Shown: positions 62,592-64,000 of the stretch, piece by piece | Layout: each line of letters opens with the position of its first letter | Numbering within the stretch: position 1 is the stretch's first letter | NCBI GenBank assembly: GCA_043797085.1 | Contig: JAZDQA010000004.1 | Span: 75,005 to 139,004 of the forward strand | From: Pseudomonadota bacterium | GTDB lineage: Bacteria; Campylobacterota; Campylobacteria; Campylobacterales; Sulfurimonadaceae | Direction of reading: 5' to 3' | Length of the DNA: 64,000 nucleotides | Program-made: the position numbers and the translations under genes | The notes under the pieces: generated by a model | Seen by the model: the letters and a program-made list of their open reading frames with translations, nothing else | What the model was told of the DNA's origin: nothing | Database searches by the model: none

Positions 62592-64000
62592 GCGGTTCCT
62601 TTGGAAGTGGTCGATTATTGGCATATTCGTCAAACGCGATCTTACCCGCACCGCAGGCAAAACATCCATGACCTGCTTGTACCGGCCAGCTAGTTCCCTC
62701 ATTAAACTTTACTTGTGGGCAGTTCATTTGGGCATACGGTCCTTTGCATCCCATTTGAAACAAACACCACCCTTTTTTTGCCCCTTCATCCCCCCATTCG
62801 AGGACAAACTCACCCAAATCAAAATGTCCGCGCCGTTCGCAGTTATCATGAACTAAAAAACCATACGCCCACTCAGGACGATTTTTGGCATCCAGTTTTG
62901 GAAATTCGTCAAACATCATAAAATGAAGCAATGTTCCTACAATATTGATTGGATTAACCGGACATCCGGGGAGATTGATAATGTCTTTTCGCCCCAGTGC
63001 TTCTGAAACTCCAACAGCACCGGTCGGATTAGGTGCGGCAGCTACGACACCGCCATCATACGCACACGATCCCACGGCGATGACAGCTGCCGCATCTTTT
63101 GCAACACGTTGAAGCAGTGCATGTCCTGTTTCCCCTTTTGGACCGATACGTAAATATTTTCCATCCAGACCAAGCGGTACTGCTCCCTCGACAATCAAGA
63201 TGTATTTACCTTTGTCATATTTGATAATATTATCAAGCACGTTTTCCGATTCTTCACCCGATCCAGCCATTAGTAGCTCATGGTAATCAAGCGAAATGTA
63301 TTTAAGAATCAAATCATCGATTTTCGGATGAGATGATTTGATAAACCCTTCTGAATTTCCACTGCAATCAGAGAGTTCCAACCAGATGATAGGGATTTTA
63401 TTGAGCTGCGCAACCCCCTCTTTCACCACCTCTTCGAAATCAGGATGCAAATGCATCGTCGCCGTAATCATCGAAACCCATTGGTTATATTCTCGGCTCA
63501 TATCAAAAGAAGCGATTGCTTCTTCAAGATTTTCGGCACTGAGCTGATTTTTAGGATGGATGGTATTGTATTTATTGATCCGTGCACGAACACGTTCCAG
63601 CTCCGCTTCTTTAAGCTTATTTTCTCGTTCCTCTCTAAGTCGTACAGCTTCTTCATGATTTACTGGCGTAGCCGCGATCAAAGCAGAAATATCTTGCTTG
63701 CAACGACCGCATACACGACCTGCATTGGTATACGGTTTAAGTTCGATAAATGAAGTAATAGCATTGAGCTTGATAATTTCAATGAGATCTTCTTCATAAG
63801 CACTCTCACAACTGCAAACCAAACGACCCTTTGTGCTATTGAGACGATTTGAGTAAAAGTACGCCGGATCAATTGTCTCATTTTTTTCCATTAATTTCTT
63901 GAGATGGATCAAATCAATATTGGTATTAATACCGATAAAGCGCTGGAGGTGATCATGATTGATGATGTATTGATCGATTCGATTTTTATGGGTGATGAGG
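62584..64000 (-). CDS. [NiFe]-hydrogenase small subunit fused to an N-terminal BFD-like [2Fe-2S] domain (5' end beyond window)
   Basis: VCSC...CGRC BFD motif, then WLELSDCSGNSE, EGAV, GSCA, PGCP, HDNC, CL, GCKGP, GHGCFAC. The frame has no stop from 63912 to the window edge. Confidence 0.9.
   Translation of the reverse strand, partial: LITHKNRIDQYIINHDHLQRFIGINTNIDLIHLKKLMEKNETIDPAYFYSNRLNSTKGRLVCSCESAYEEDLIEIIKLNAITSFIELKPYTNAGRVCGRCKQDISALIAATPVNHEEAVRLREERENKLKEAELERVRARINKYNTIHPKNQLSAENLEEAIASFDMSREYNQWVSMITATMHLHPDFEEVVKEGVAQLNKIPIIWLELSDCSGNSEGFIKSSHPKIDDLILKYISLDYHELLMAGSGEESENVLDNIIKYDKGKYILIVEGAVPLGLDGKYLRIGPKGETGHALLQRVAKDAAAVIAVGSCAYDGGVVAAAPNPTGAVGVSEALGRKDIINLPGCPVNPINIVGTLLHFMMFDEFPKLDAKNRPEWAYGFLVHDNCERRGHFDLGEFVLEWGDEGAKKGWCLFQMGCKGPYAQMNCPQVKFNEGTSWPVQAGHGCFACGAGKIAFDEYANNRPLPKEPHE

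Overview
64 kb chromosomal segment of a Campylobacterota chemolithotroph. Gene order (folD-lepB-site-2 protease-rpiB-apt, hemL-atpZ-like, napAGHBFLD) and protein sequences suggest the Sulfuricurvum/Sulfurimonas group; this assignment is inferred. 1-20.8 kb is mostly housekeeping: trpB (partial), apt, rpiB, lepB, folD, hemL, rpoD, flgFG, two different adenylate kinases, aspS, recQ and a CZB chemoreceptor. 21-24.4 kb is an AT-rich accessory patch: a duplicated-domain secreted protein, xth, a PR-1-like CAP protein and a Fic protein. 24.4-58 kb is an anaerobic N-oxide respiration region: cytochrome c553, class III RNR, porin, the nap operon, a NarX-type sensor plus Crp/Fnr regulator, moaA, a siroheme reductase, norCBDQEF, nirS, a second Crp/Fnr regulator and a TonB-dependent receptor. 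It is tied together by nine TTGA[CT]-N4-[AG]TCAA boxes, each 22-23 nt from a -10 hexamer. The right end has hsp20, a degenerate phosphohexomutase and a soluble [NiFe]-hydrogenase. Top leads: (1) a split class III RNR whose glycyl-radical motif (RVMGY) is on a separate 54-aa ORF absent from the ORF track; (2) a Tat-less hydrogenase small subunit fused to a BFD-like [2Fe-2S] domain and probably an upstream flavoprotein domain; (3) a kinase-less NarX-type nitrate sensor coupled to a Crp/Fnr regulator; (4) a FRAP/NPNL TonB receptor co-regulated with nirS, with no heme d1 biosynthesis genes in the window. No rRNA, tRNA, CRISPR array or transposase was seen.
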